Shown: positions 9,736 through 18,093 of the stretch, piece by piece
Layout of the letters: each line of letters starts with the position of its first letter
How positions within the stretch are numbered: the stretch's first letter is position 1
IMG/VR virus record: IMGVR_UViG_3300014501_000024
Coordinates: 1-53,222 of that record
Source of the DNA: a virus
Lineage: Duplodnaviria; Caudoviricetes
Direction: 5' to 3' (one strand)
DNA length: 53,222 nt
Program-made: the position numbers and the translations under genes
The notes under the pieces: generated by a model
The model's database searches: none
What the model saw: the letters and a program-made list of their open reading frames with translations, nothing else
What the model was told of the DNA's origin: nothing

Positions 9736-10080
9736 ATGGGTGACTCCACGCACATTGACGCTGGATCCAATCAGGTTAGCGGCTTCGAGCCCGGCCCTGG
9801 GGATGAGGCGCACCCCAACCACTTCCGGCTGCCGTCGCGGCCGGTGCTCAAGCGCGGGCCCCGCCTTGGGACGCCGAAGGCGGTTCGCCTGGAGCTGCCG
9901 CTCGATGACGATGACCAGCTTGAGCGCGACCTGACGGTTCTGGTTGACGCGGTGCAGCGTGCCCGCGATTTGTGCAGAAACAAGGCGCTATTGGCGCAGC
10001 CGGGCGCTCTCGGGGTCATGGTCAGGAAGCAGCTGGAGGGCGCCAACCATGTCCTGCGGCGCCGACTTCATTTACGATAA
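9736..10080 (+). CDS. hypothetical protein
   Basis: ORF track; start uncertain. Confidence 0.5.
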   Translation: MGDSTHIDAGSNQVSGFEPGPGDEAHPNHFRLPSRPVLKRGPRLGTPKAVRLELPLDDDDQLERDLTVLVDAVQRARDLCRNKALLAQPGALGVMVRKQLEGANHVLRRRLHLR

Positions 10081-10211
10081 CCGCGTTTAATCAGCGCATT
10101 GGCCGTGCGCTGATCATGGCAGATTAAATACGACGCGCTTGTGCGCAGACCCGGCTAGGAATGGGGGCGAATAAATACTACTGTCGTAAGATACGGCGAA
10201 GGCGCCCGGCC

Positions 10212-10556
10212 ATGTCCGAGATCACCAAGCGGTTCAGCGTTGTCGAGATCATCGGCGTGATCGTGTTTGTCGGCGGGGTTGTCGGGAGCGTCTACACGCT
10301 CGGCGTCTACATGCAGACGCAGAAATCAATGGTGGCGCAGATGGTCCAGAATAGCGCCGACTCCAAGGCTGCCACCGCCGCCGAGATGGAAGATCTCAAG
10401 CGTGACATTACCAGCCGCTCGCAGGCGGCCGACAGCGCCCGCGACGAGATGACCCACTCGCTCAACGATCTGAGCGGCAAGGCTGCGCAGAACACCGCAG
10501 TGCAAGCCTTCATGATCGAGGAATTGAAAGAGTTGAGGATGGGATCACACCGATGA
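10212..10556 (+). CDS. membrane protein of the lysis cassette (holin- or i-spanin-like)
   Basis: one N-terminal TM followed by coiled coil; upstream of the endolysin. Confidence 0.55.
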   Translation: MSEITKRFSVVEIIGVIVFVGGVVGSVYTLGVYMQTQKSMVAQMVQNSADSKAATAAEMEDLKRDITSRSQAADSARDEMTHSLNDLSGKAAQNTAVQAFMIEELKELRMGSHR

Positions 10557-10969
10557 ATGTGTGCGTGTATGTGCTGCTGTTCGTGCTGGTGGGATGTGGC
10601 GACCACCGAGCCGCCATGGTGCCGGTGGCCGACGTTATACCAGAGCCCGCCGCGATCGTGGTGCCGCGCGTGCGTCATCCTGCGGCACCCCCGGCAGCGG
10701 AGGCTGGCCCGGCCGCTCCAGCGTCGCCGGCGAGCGTCGCCGCGGTGATCCGTGACAGCAACTCGCTCATCGACAAAACCTATCGGTATGTCGAGTTCAA
10801 GGACGCCAGGGCCGACAATGTCCGCACGCTGATCCAGCTCAAGCACGCCGTCGACCGCGCCAATGATGCCGTTATCAACCACCACCATCCGACCACTGAG
10901 GAAGTCGCGGCGGCACGTCACGCGGCGGACGACCTCGCGCACTTTTTCGCCACCAAGGATGACGACTGA
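10553..10969 (+). CDS. putative lipoprotein (spanin-like)
   Basis: lipobox LVGC, Pro/Ala linker, overlaps neighbouring genes. Confidence 0.55.
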   Translation: MNVCVYVLLFVLVGCGDHRAAMVPVADVIPEPAAIVVPRVRHPAAPPAAEAGPAAPASPASVAAVIRDSNSLIDKTYRYVEFKDARADNVRTLIQLKHAVDRANDAVINHHHPTTEEVAAARHAADDLAHFFATKDDD

Positions 10970-11484
10970 TGGACCTTTTCCAGACTTGCTACGCCTTCAC
11001 GAAAGGCGCCGAGGGTGGTGTGGTCAACAACCCCGACGATCCTGGCGGCTTGACCAATACCGGCCTCACGCTGCCCGACTTGCGGCGATTTTCGCGCACG
11101 GCGACTGCATCCGATCTGATGACGCTGACCGACGGCGAGATCCAGGCGATCTACCTGGCACTTTACTTCTTGCCCGTCGCGGGCTGGCAACTTCCCAAGC
11201 CGCTTGCACTGATGGTGTTCGACCATGGCGTGGCGGCGGGAGTGGGTGACAGCGCCATGCTGCTGCAGGGGCTGCTGCTGGTCGAGGTTGATGGCTATAT
11301 CGGATCGCAGACGCTGGCCGCAGCGGACGCCGTCACGGCCGCCGAGATGCCGGGCTTCGTGACCGCTCTGTCCGCCGCACAGGGTGCCGATTATGCCCGC
11401 AAGGCCGACGCGCGGTTTTTCCTCAAGGGTTGGGACCTTCGGCTCGACGCGCGCACCACAGCCGCAAAGGCGCTCATCACATGA
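10969..11484 (+). CDS. endolysin, glycoside hydrolase family 108
   Basis: EGG..NPDDPGGLTNxG motif, FDHGV, DGYIGSQT, FLKGW..R. Confidence 0.9.
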   Translation: MDLFQTCYAFTKGAEGGVVNNPDDPGGLTNTGLTLPDLRRFSRTATASDLMTLTDGEIQAIYLALYFLPVAGWQLPKPLALMVFDHGVAAGVGDSAMLLQGLLLVEVDGYIGSQTLAAADAVTAAEMPGFVTALSAAQGADYARKADARFFLKGWDLRLDARTTAAKALIT

Positions 11485-11936
11485 ACACCACCGCGATCAT
11501 TGGTCTTTCCGTTGTGCTGTGGGCGCCGCTCGCCGGCATGGCCGCGTGGGGCCTGCGCAAACTGGCCGTCTATATGCAGGCCAGAGGTTATAACGACTCC
11601 CTGGTGAAGATCGCCGGCGGCGCCGCGACGCAAGCAGGGCTGATTTCACTCGACCTGCAAAGGCTGCCGCCTGGCGCCAGCCTCGATGCCGCCAAGACGA
11701 TGCTGCTGACGGACGGCGTCACCGCCATGAAGACCGTGTTCGCGGAGTCCATCGCGACAACCGGCTACAGCGACACCCAGCTGCTGGACAAGCTGGCGGG
11801 CGCGCTCGGCAACAACCCGCTCCACGCTGCCCTGGTGGCGCCGGCCGTGGTGGCGCCGGCCGTGGTGGCAGTGCCAGCAACCCAACTCGCCTCTGTTCTC
11901 GGTCTCACACCTGGACTCGGAAAGGTTTCACCATGA
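11481..11936 (+). CDS. putative holin or membrane protein
   Basis: N-terminal TM; ATGA overlap with the endolysin. Confidence 0.5.
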   Translation: MNTTAIIGLSVVLWAPLAGMAAWGLRKLAVYMQARGYNDSLVKIAGGAATQAGLISLDLQRLPPGASLDAAKTMLLTDGVTAMKTVFAESIATTGYSDTQLLDKLAGALGNNPLHAALVAPAVVAPAVVAVPATQLASVLGLTPGLGKVSP

Positions 11937-12265
11937 CACGCCTGTACGCGATCGCGCTCGCCGCGACCGGCCTGGCTCTCACCAGTTGCAGTGGCACCGC
12001 CACGCCGCCACCGCCGGTGACACCCGTGGTGGCGGCCGAGGCCGCGCTCGCCGCCGCTGGCCATATCGTGCTCGGCTGCTACGCGGTGCCGGCCTGCGTG
12101 GCGGTCGCACCCAAGCCGGCGATCAAGAAGGCTTATGACGCGGCCTACAACGCGGTCACCGCCGCGCAGACCGTGGCTGATGCTGGCGGATCGCCGGACA
12201 TGACCGCGGCGACGGCCGCGATGTCGGGGCTCCAGAGCCTCATCGACCAGCTCCCCGCCACATAG
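11933..12265 (+). CDS. putative lipoprotein
   Basis: lipobox LTSC after a hydrophobic stretch. Confidence 0.6.
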   Translation: MTRLYAIALAATGLALTSCSGTATPPPPVTPVVAAEAALAAAGHIVLGCYAVPACVAVAPKPAIKKAYDAAYNAVTAAQTVADAGGSPDMTAATAAMSGLQSLIDQLPAT

Positions 12266-12274
12266 GAGGTTCTC

Positions 12275-12460
12275 ATGCCCATCGCGCTCATCGTTGAAAT
12301 CATCCAGGCCATCGCGGCACTGGCACCCCAGGTGCCTGAAGTTGTCTCGCTCGCCGAGTCGGCCATCGGCATCGTCCAGACTGGGACCGTGACGCCGGAC
12401 CAAGAAGCGCTGATCCGCAGCCAGCTCGATGCAATCAAGGCGCAGATCGACGCCGCGTGA
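12275..12460 (+). CDS. small hypothetical protein
   Basis: strong AGGAGG RBS. Confidence 0.65.
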   Translation: MPIALIVEIIQAIAALAPQVPEVVSLAESAIGIVQTGTVTPDQEALIRSQLDAIKAQIDAA

Positions 12461-12559
12461 GGCGGGGCAGGTCAGGCGTTTGTTGCGCGACGCGCTGACC
12501 GCCGCTTAGTGCCGGCCCTCGGTAATCCCGTGAATGACAGCCGGGGGTCGGCACGCTCC

Positions 12560-13225
12560 ATGAACGACGTGGTCAACTTGCGGATATGGGCGTTCGCGGC
12601 CGACACCAACTCCAAGATGTATCGCGATCTGATGGCGGCGGCGCGCGTGCTCGAACGTCAGCAAGGCGACATTCGCAGACTGACCGATTTGCTTCTGCTC
12701 TACGCCAAGCCCGAGAACGTTCAGCCCGAGCACCGCGCGATGATCGAGGCGTTGAGCGAGGCGAGTGATACCGGGTTAACAACCACGGCAAACCTGTGCT
12801 ACGACAACCTGGATAACAACCAGGGAATACCCAAGATTATGGCCATTAAGCCCGAGAATATCGAGACGATCCAGCAATGGGGGATCAAGAGCATCTCCAA
12901 GCGTGTGGTCGATGAGATCATGGCGGCGGCGCCGAAGATGGAACCCAAGAAAACCAGCGGCCAGATGATCGAGATGATCTGGGAGTTCTGGAAGACCAAC
13001 GGTGTCACCGAGCAGGTCAACGTGGTGGAGGATCTGACCGCCCTGCTGACCGCCGCCGGTCCGTGGAATGAGCACAACCCGCTGCCGGCCGACGCCAGGG
13101 CGTTCATCAACACGTTCGCGCGGGCGGCGCGCAAGCAGCTTCAACCAAGTTCACAACCCGGTATCGCCATCGGGTCCAAGTCTGAGCCGAAGCAGCTTGC
13201 CAATGGGGCAGTGAACGACGGATAG
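12560..13225 (+). CDS. hypothetical protein (possible internal start at ~12839)
   Basis: ORF track; phage-like codon usage. Confidence 0.6.
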   Translation: MNDVVNLRIWAFAADTNSKMYRDLMAAARVLERQQGDIRRLTDLLLLYAKPENVQPEHRAMIEALSEASDTGLTTTANLCYDNLDNNQGIPKIMAIKPENIETIQQWGIKSISKRVVDEIMAAAPKMEPKKTSGQMIEMIWEFWKTNGVTEQVNVVEDLTALLTAAGPWNEHNPLPADARAFINTFARAARKQLQPSSQPGIAIGSKSEPKQLANGAVNDG

Positions 13226-13313
13226 GTTCATCCGCACCACTCGGGTGCGACACTTTCGCGCTAACCTCGGGCGGGCGCTTTTGAGGGTTCATCCGCACCC
13301 ACTTGGATGCGAC
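13224..13313 (-). CRISPR. cas-less CRISPR-like mini-array (repeat-spacer-repeat), type I-E-like
   Basis: minus-strand repeats GTCGCATCCAAGTGGGTGCGGATGAACCC (13285-13313) and GTCGCACCCGAGTGGTGCGGATGAACCT (13224-13251); 61-bp period; hairpin plus ATGAACC 3' end; 33-nt spacer similar to 9291-9323. Confidence 0.6.
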
Positions 13314-13322
13314 TCGATCCAA

Positions 13323-13841
13323 TCATAACTGGTGCGCACCTGTCCAGGGCTGCCCCGGTCGCCACCCTGCGTCCAATCGCCGCCTGATCTCCGTCTGCCG
13401 CGCCGCCAACAGGTCGATGCAGGCGCGGGGCTGCGCTGGTTGGGGCCGCTCCTCTCTCGTTAAGCCTTTCTCTTTCTTCTCTTGCTTCCTTTGTTGGCCA
13501 TTCTGTCCACCTGGACAGACCAGCTCGGTCGGCACCTGGATGGTGTAGCGGTTCGGCCCTTGCCGCCAGCTTCCGTTGACCAGCTTGCGGGTCGGCCGCC
13601 ACGACAGCATCCCTAGATTTTTCGCATCCACCCGCGCCCGGCGCACGGTGCGGGCGCTGGTGCCGGCCAGCTCGGCCACGGCAGCGTCCGATGGGTACAG
13701 CCCATCCTCGCCATGGAACGCCAGCAAGGCACGCAAGGCATCGCGTCGGGCCGGGGTCAGGTGGCCGGCGCGGCGTTCCAGTTCCAGCCGGCGACGCCAG
13801 ACAGGGAACTCGTCGGGCTCAAGCCATTGTAAAGCAGACAT
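13323..13841 (-). CDS. winged helix-turn-helix protein (HTH_36/Rep-like)
   Basis: GLYPSDAAVAELAGTSARTVRRA...LGMLSW...NRY pattern. Confidence 0.7.
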   Translation of the reverse strand: MSALQWLEPDEFPVWRRRLELERRAGHLTPARRDALRALLAFHGEDGLYPSDAAVAELAGTSARTVRRARVDAKNLGMLSWRPTRKLVNGSWRQGPNRYTIQVPTELVCPGGQNGQQRKQEKKEKGLTREERPQPAQPRACIDLLAARQTEIRRRLDAGWRPGQPWTGAHQL

Positions 13842-14222
13842 AGTTCGGGTGTTCCTCGGTTAAGGCCGAGGCGCAGCGAGGCTGCCGACAGGACGCAGTT
13901 TCCCCACAGCAAGGGGGCTTGCTTTTTTCGCTGACACCGATGAAACTGGGGTTCTCACACGCTCCAGTTTCGTCGGTTTTGGCTAGTCCTGCGGCGCCCC
14001 AACGGGCGCCGTTGGCATTTCTAGCTCATCTCAATCTCCAGCGGTTCCCCGCAACCTACTGGCAACGGGGCAGGTAAATTGGCGCACTATCCGAGTCGGC
14101 GCTATAGCTGACGGCCACGCTAAGTTTTTGTGTCCGCAAAAGTCAACGTCGCGTGGTTTCGACCTTAGTTGCGTGGTTGGTGGAATCGGTGACGTTCCTT
14201 ACCCCGAACAAGGGGTGCAACA

Positions 14223-14609
14223 TTGCCAAAACCGCGGACCCGTCTGGAGGAGATCATGCGGGCGCGAGCATTGACCCAAGCCGAATTAGGCCGTCTGGCT
14301 GACATCGACACCGCGCACCTGAGCCGGTTGGCGATTGGCAAGCAGGATCTCGGCCCCAAGACGCGGCGGAACTTGGCCGGCGCCTTGCGTGTCGGCGAGG
14401 CTGACCTGCTTCAGCCGATTGGCACCGAGATTCCGCCGGAACCTATCGGTGACGTACGACTACCGGGCTTTGACGAACGACTTCAGGCTATTCTTATCGT
14501 GCTCGGCGTCGAGCGCCTCGTCGATCTAACCCGGTTCTTGGCCACTGGGGATTATAGCGGATTGCCGCCGGCACTGGCGCAGCGGGTGCGTCAGATCTTG
14601 TCGTTGTAG
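14223..14609 (+). CDS. XRE-family HTH transcriptional regulator
   Basis: LTQAELGRLADIDTAHLSRLAIG...LAGALRV; divergent from the wHTH gene. Confidence 0.8.
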   Translation: MPKPRTRLEEIMRARALTQAELGRLADIDTAHLSRLAIGKQDLGPKTRRNLAGALRVGEADLLQPIGTEIPPEPIGDVRLPGFDERLQAILIVLGVERLVDLTRFLATGDYSGLPPALAQRVRQILSL

Positions 14610-14617
14610 GGGTGAGT

Positions 14618-14816
14618 ATGACCGATCCTTAGACCTATCCACGTCGCCCTCGACGATGCTGACTTCACCACCCTCATCACCGGTGGCATCGTTGAGAAGC
14701 CAGGGGTTCGGATTATCCTGTCCGACATCGGCTATGGCGCGATGGTCAAAATCTTGTCCGACGCGATGCTCAAGGCCGTGCAAGCCACCAAGGCTGCGGA
14801 AGATCTTATTACGTAA
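14618..14816 (+). pseudogene. small gene interrupted by a +1 frameshift
   Basis: ATG ACC GAT CCT TAG; the +1 frame continues LRPIHVALDDADF...EDLIT* with phage-like codon usage. Confidence 0.35.
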
Positions 14817-14820
14817 TAAA

Positions 14821-16251
14821 TCAGGTCCAACCCCCCGCATTGACGGGCGCGCGGTTCACTATCCTGGGCCGGTCCCTGAGTATGACCCGCCCTGTGATGT
14901 TCGCGCTCACTCCCAGACACAGATATTCCAGGGCGTCCGCTAGATCGCTCCAAGGGTGTAATTTCTCGGGTGTGTCCTCAAGCTGGCCGTTCCTGAGTTT
15001 GCGGTAGCGATACTTGTTGCCCATCGCGTGGATCAGCGTGGGGCACCCGGTGCGCGAGATCTGGAGCGCGGGCTCGCCCATCACATTGGACCGCAGCTGT
15101 TTCTCCACCGCGGCGATGCGCGGCGCGATCGCGTTGGTGTTCGCCGGGTAGGCAAGCAACCCCGCCTCTTTGAGCGCGTCGAACGCATTGCGCTCGCTGA
15201 GCTGGGACCGCTGGTTGCCGGCCGGGTCCGCCACCACGAACGAGCGCTTGCCGGCGTAGGGCTCGCCCAAGAGCTTGGGCTTGAGGTACTCGACCAGGAA
15301 CTGATCCAGTCCCACATCCTCGCCGCAGACTTCTTCGAACACCAGCAGGCGCCCGAGGCTGTCCACCTGGCCGATCAGCGCCGTGGGCGTGCGTCCCAGA
15401 TCCAGGCCGACCATGATCGGCCGCATCGGGTTCACCACCACCTCCATGTCGCGGACGTGGGTGGGCACGTGGAAGCTGCGCCTGAACACCGCTTGACCTG
15501 CGTTGGAGGTGCCCCATTGGCTCTCCACATGCACGGCCGACCACTCCTCATCATGTACGGTCGACCGATCCTCATCGCCGCCGTTCATGAGGTTTTCGTA
15601 GTAGTTGGGTGGCAGGTTCGCGAGGTTCTCGGCGTCTGGGCCGACCGCCGAGGGTTGGTGAAACAGCTTCCAGTTTGCACGAGGGTTCAGCACGAAGCGT
15701 TCGTGGTAAGGGCTGTCAGTGTCCCACGGGTTGGTATCTGCGATCAGACCAAACCACGACGGACCGCCCTGGAGCTTGGACGGATAGCGTCCAAGCCGTC
15801 CGATCAACGGCGGGATGATGCCGATCGGCACCTCGCGGATCTCGTTCACCCAGGCGCCGGTGAGCTGCATGGAGAGCAACCGGCGTTGATCCTCGACGGT
15901 GTCCAGCGGGATCATCACCCAGTCGCTATGCACGATCGAGCCGTCGCTCAAAGGGGCGCGTATGCGTATGGTGCTGTCGGTTACGAAGTAGCTGATCATT
16001 GGCTGGAGATATTGCTGCACGTCTGTCAGCACGGTGGTGCGCAGTTGCTGGAGCGTGTTCCTGACGATAGTAAATCGGGAGTAGCGGATGTTGGTGCCCG
16101 TGGCGGGCGCTTGCTGGGTGGACCGGCGGAAGATCTCCATGATGGAGCCCATGGATTTTCCCGACCCGACCGGTCCGACCAGACATCGGACCAGGCTGTC
16201 GTCCATCATGAAAAGTTCTATTGTCGGAGGGGGGCGGTACACTAAAGTCAT
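14821..16251 (-). CDS. terL: terminase large subunit
   Basis: Walker A GPVGSGKS, Walker B AWVNE, DTNP coupling motif, nuclease GLDLG...DPAG...SDLADALEY. Confidence 0.93.
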   Translation of the reverse strand: MTLVYRPPPTIELFMMDDSLVRCLVGPVGSGKSMGSIMEIFRRSTQQAPATGTNIRYSRFTIVRNTLQQLRTTVLTDVQQYLQPMISYFVTDSTIRIRAPLSDGSIVHSDWVMIPLDTVEDQRRLLSMQLTGAWVNEIREVPIGIIPPLIGRLGRYPSKLQGGPSWFGLIADTNPWDTDSPYHERFVLNPRANWKLFHQPSAVGPDAENLANLPPNYYENLMNGGDEDRSTVHDEEWSAVHVESQWGTSNAGQAVFRRSFHVPTHVRDMEVVVNPMRPIMVGLDLGRTPTALIGQVDSLGRLLVFEEVCGEDVGLDQFLVEYLKPKLLGEPYAGKRSFVVADPAGNQRSQLSERNAFDALKEAGLLAYPANTNAIAPRIAAVEKQLRSNVMGEPALQISRTGCPTLIHAMGNKYRYRKLRNGQLEDTPEKLHPWSDLADALEYLCLGVSANITGRVILRDRPRIVNRAPVNAGGWT

Positions 16252-16730
16252 ATTACAGCCTCAATATAAACTGCCGCTGCCCGTAGCAATTCAGGATCGT
16301 CCTTAAATCTACCTAAACCGTTATTGCAATTATTGCACAGTAACCCACGCACTATCTTATGAGCGTGACAATGATCTATGGCTAACCGACGCTTTGCGGC
16401 GGAAGGTTTCTTGCAGATAGCACAAACACCTCCTTGAGCTGTGAGCACGGCGTCATACTCGGCGACGGTCAGACCATAAACGCCTACGGCGTGTCGCCGG
16501 CGCGCGGCTGCGAGCATTGTCGGGTCTGCTCTTGCACGCCAGATTTTCCGTGTGGCTTTCACTTTTTGCGGATTAGCCTGCTGCCATTTCTGCGTTGCTG
16601 CTAGAGACTTTTCGCGGTTGGCTCTCTGCCACGCTAGGCGTTTGACACTCACCCGTTCTTTGTTAGCGGCATACCAGCGTACTGCGATGGCGTTCTTCTT
16701 TAGTCGCTGTTCTTCAGTAAGGATTTTCAT
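16248..16730 (-). CDS. endonuclease VII-family (HNH-like) endonuclease
   Basis: YGLT..EY....QGGVCAIC...IDHCH...[18 protein letters not shown]; lower GC than flanks. Confidence 0.88.
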   Translation of the reverse strand: MKILTEEQRLKKNAIAVRWYAANKERVSVKRLAWQRANREKSLAATQKWQQANPQKVKATRKIWRARADPTMLAAARRRHAVGVYGLTVAEYDAVLTAQGGVCAICKKPSAAKRRLAIDHCHAHKIVRGLLCNNCNNGLGRFKDDPELLRAAAVYIEAVI

Positions 16731-16787
16731 TTGTTGACTATAGCCAATAAGACAAGACTGGTAAATCGAAATGGTCATACCGGGTTG

Positions 16788-16943
16788 CTAACCCGGGGGG
16801 ACCGTGAACAACCGTAGCGTCTCGCTGTATAAAATCAGCTCGTCTTTTAATTGACCCAGCGCATTTAGCAGTTCTCGGAGCGCATCCTCTAAGATCAGCT
16901 TGGCGAGGGCTTCGTCTGATAGGTCTAGGTTTAGGTCTACCAT
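16788..16943 (-). CDS. small hypothetical protein
   Basis: ATG at 16943 overlaps the upstream gene end; MVDLNLDLSDEALAK... Confidence 0.45.
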   Translation of the reverse strand: MVDLNLDLSDEALAKLILEDALRELLNALGQLKDELILYSETLRLFTVPPG

Positions 16944-17116
16944 CGTGCGTAGCCGCCGTAGTAGCCATACCCGCCGCCGGCTAGCAGCACGACGACAACG
17001 ACGATGAGGATGATTACCAGCGGGTTGTTCAGCTGGATCGCGCCGGTTCGGTGGCCGATATAGCCACCGCCGCCGAACAGCACGAACACCACCAGGATGA
17101 TGAGGAGCAGGCTCAC
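16937..17116 (-). CDS. small two-TM membrane protein (DUF3309-like)
   Basis: GTG start; LLLIILVVFVLFGGGGY...IILIVVVVVLLAG. Confidence 0.65.
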   Translation of the reverse strand: MSLLLIILVVFVLFGGGGYIGHRTGAIQLNNPLVIILIVVVVVLLAGGGYGYYGGYARW

Positions 17117-17457
17117 GGGCCCGCACTCTTGCTCTGGAAGATGCGCTCGCGCAGGGCGTAGCCTTCCAGCGGCCATAGCTGGCGGATGGCGTCTTCCCAG
17201 GCGAACCTTGAGCCGAGTGCCGCATCGAAATTTTCCGGCGAGGCAGGTGCCGACTTGCTGATCACGGTGAAGCCGTTCTCCATCACACAGATGCAGATTG
17301 TCAGAATTTTGAGTTCCGGCTGGTGCGGGCCGCCAGGGACTTGGTCAGCGGTGAAAACATGCTGGGCTTTAATTTTCGCCTTCATGTCGTCGAGCGTGAC
17401 ACGCGGCGCCACGGCGACCGCAGCGGCTTCCTGGTCCGAGATTTCCAAGCTGCTCAT
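17113..17457 (-). CDS. phage Gp49/Gp66-family protein
   Basis: APRVT...LTIC..VMENGFTV..SA.ASPENFD...LWPLEGY. Confidence 0.85.
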   Translation of the reverse strand: MSSLEISDQEAAAVAVAPRVTLDDMKAKIKAQHVFTADQVPGGPHQPELKILTICICVMENGFTVISKSAPASPENFDAALGSRFAWEDAIRQLWPLEGYALRERIFQSKSAGP

Positions 17458-18023
17458 GGTATAGGTTCTCCGTCGATGGTTGGGGTTTGTTGAATTACGT
17501 TGATCGACTCGGTTTTGCCGGTGCCCGAGAACACGAACTGCACGCTGAACATGGGCCCGGTGACCGCGTCCGCGTTGTTCGCGCCGCCGGTGCGGTTGTC
17601 GGCGCCGCCGAACCGGCCGCTGACTTCGAGCATCTTCACCCGCAATGCCGCCGGCGTGAGCGGATCGGCGATCATCTTATGGGCGACGCCGGCCGACTCC
17701 AGCGTGAGCTGCCCATACATGCGCCTGATGCGTTCGGGTTGGTTGTCATCTGACTCCCAGATCGCCTTGCGCACCTTGATGCGCCGCCGCACCTCGGGGA
17801 TTTTCAGGAACTCCAGCAGCTGGGCGGCTGACAATCCATAGCGGGCCGCGATCACATGCGGCCTGACCATGTTGATGCCCAAATCGTTGATCAAGTTTTG
17901 CGTCGTAAGATCGTCCGGGTCGAACTCCCGCAGTGTCGCCACAGGTGTTGCGTCGACCAGCGAGTAGACGTGCTTTTCGAACTGCGCTTCTTCGCTCTCG
18001 GCCTCTACCATTAAACTATCCAT
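17454..18023 (-). CDS. putative terminase small subunit
   Basis: first gene of the terL operon; HTH-like IAARYGLS; beta-rich C-terminal tail. Confidence 0.55.
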   Translation of the reverse strand: MDSLMVEAESEEAQFEKHVYSLVDATPVATLREFDPDDLTTQNLINDLGINMVRPHVIAARYGLSAAQLLEFLKIPEVRRRIKVRKAIWESDDNQPERIRRMYGQLTLESAGVAHKMIADPLTPAALRVKMLEVSGRFGGADNRTGGANNADAVTGPMFSVQFVFSGTGKTESINVIQQTPTIDGEPIP

Positions 18024-18062
18024 ACGGCGTCCTTGCCATCGGGGCGTTACAGGTCTAACGAT

Positions 18063-18083
18063 TATTTACGACCGTAGTAAATA
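18063..18083. promoter_or_regulatory. operator-like palindrome between the divergent terminase and portal operons
   Basis: TATTTACGACCGTAGTAAATA. Confidence 0.7.
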
Positions 18084-18093
18084 GGTTGCCGGT

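Noticed and set aside
13896-14070. GTTTCCCCAC...GGGG and GTTCCCCGC...CGGGG as further type I-E repeats
   Set aside because: No ATGAACC handle and no regular period
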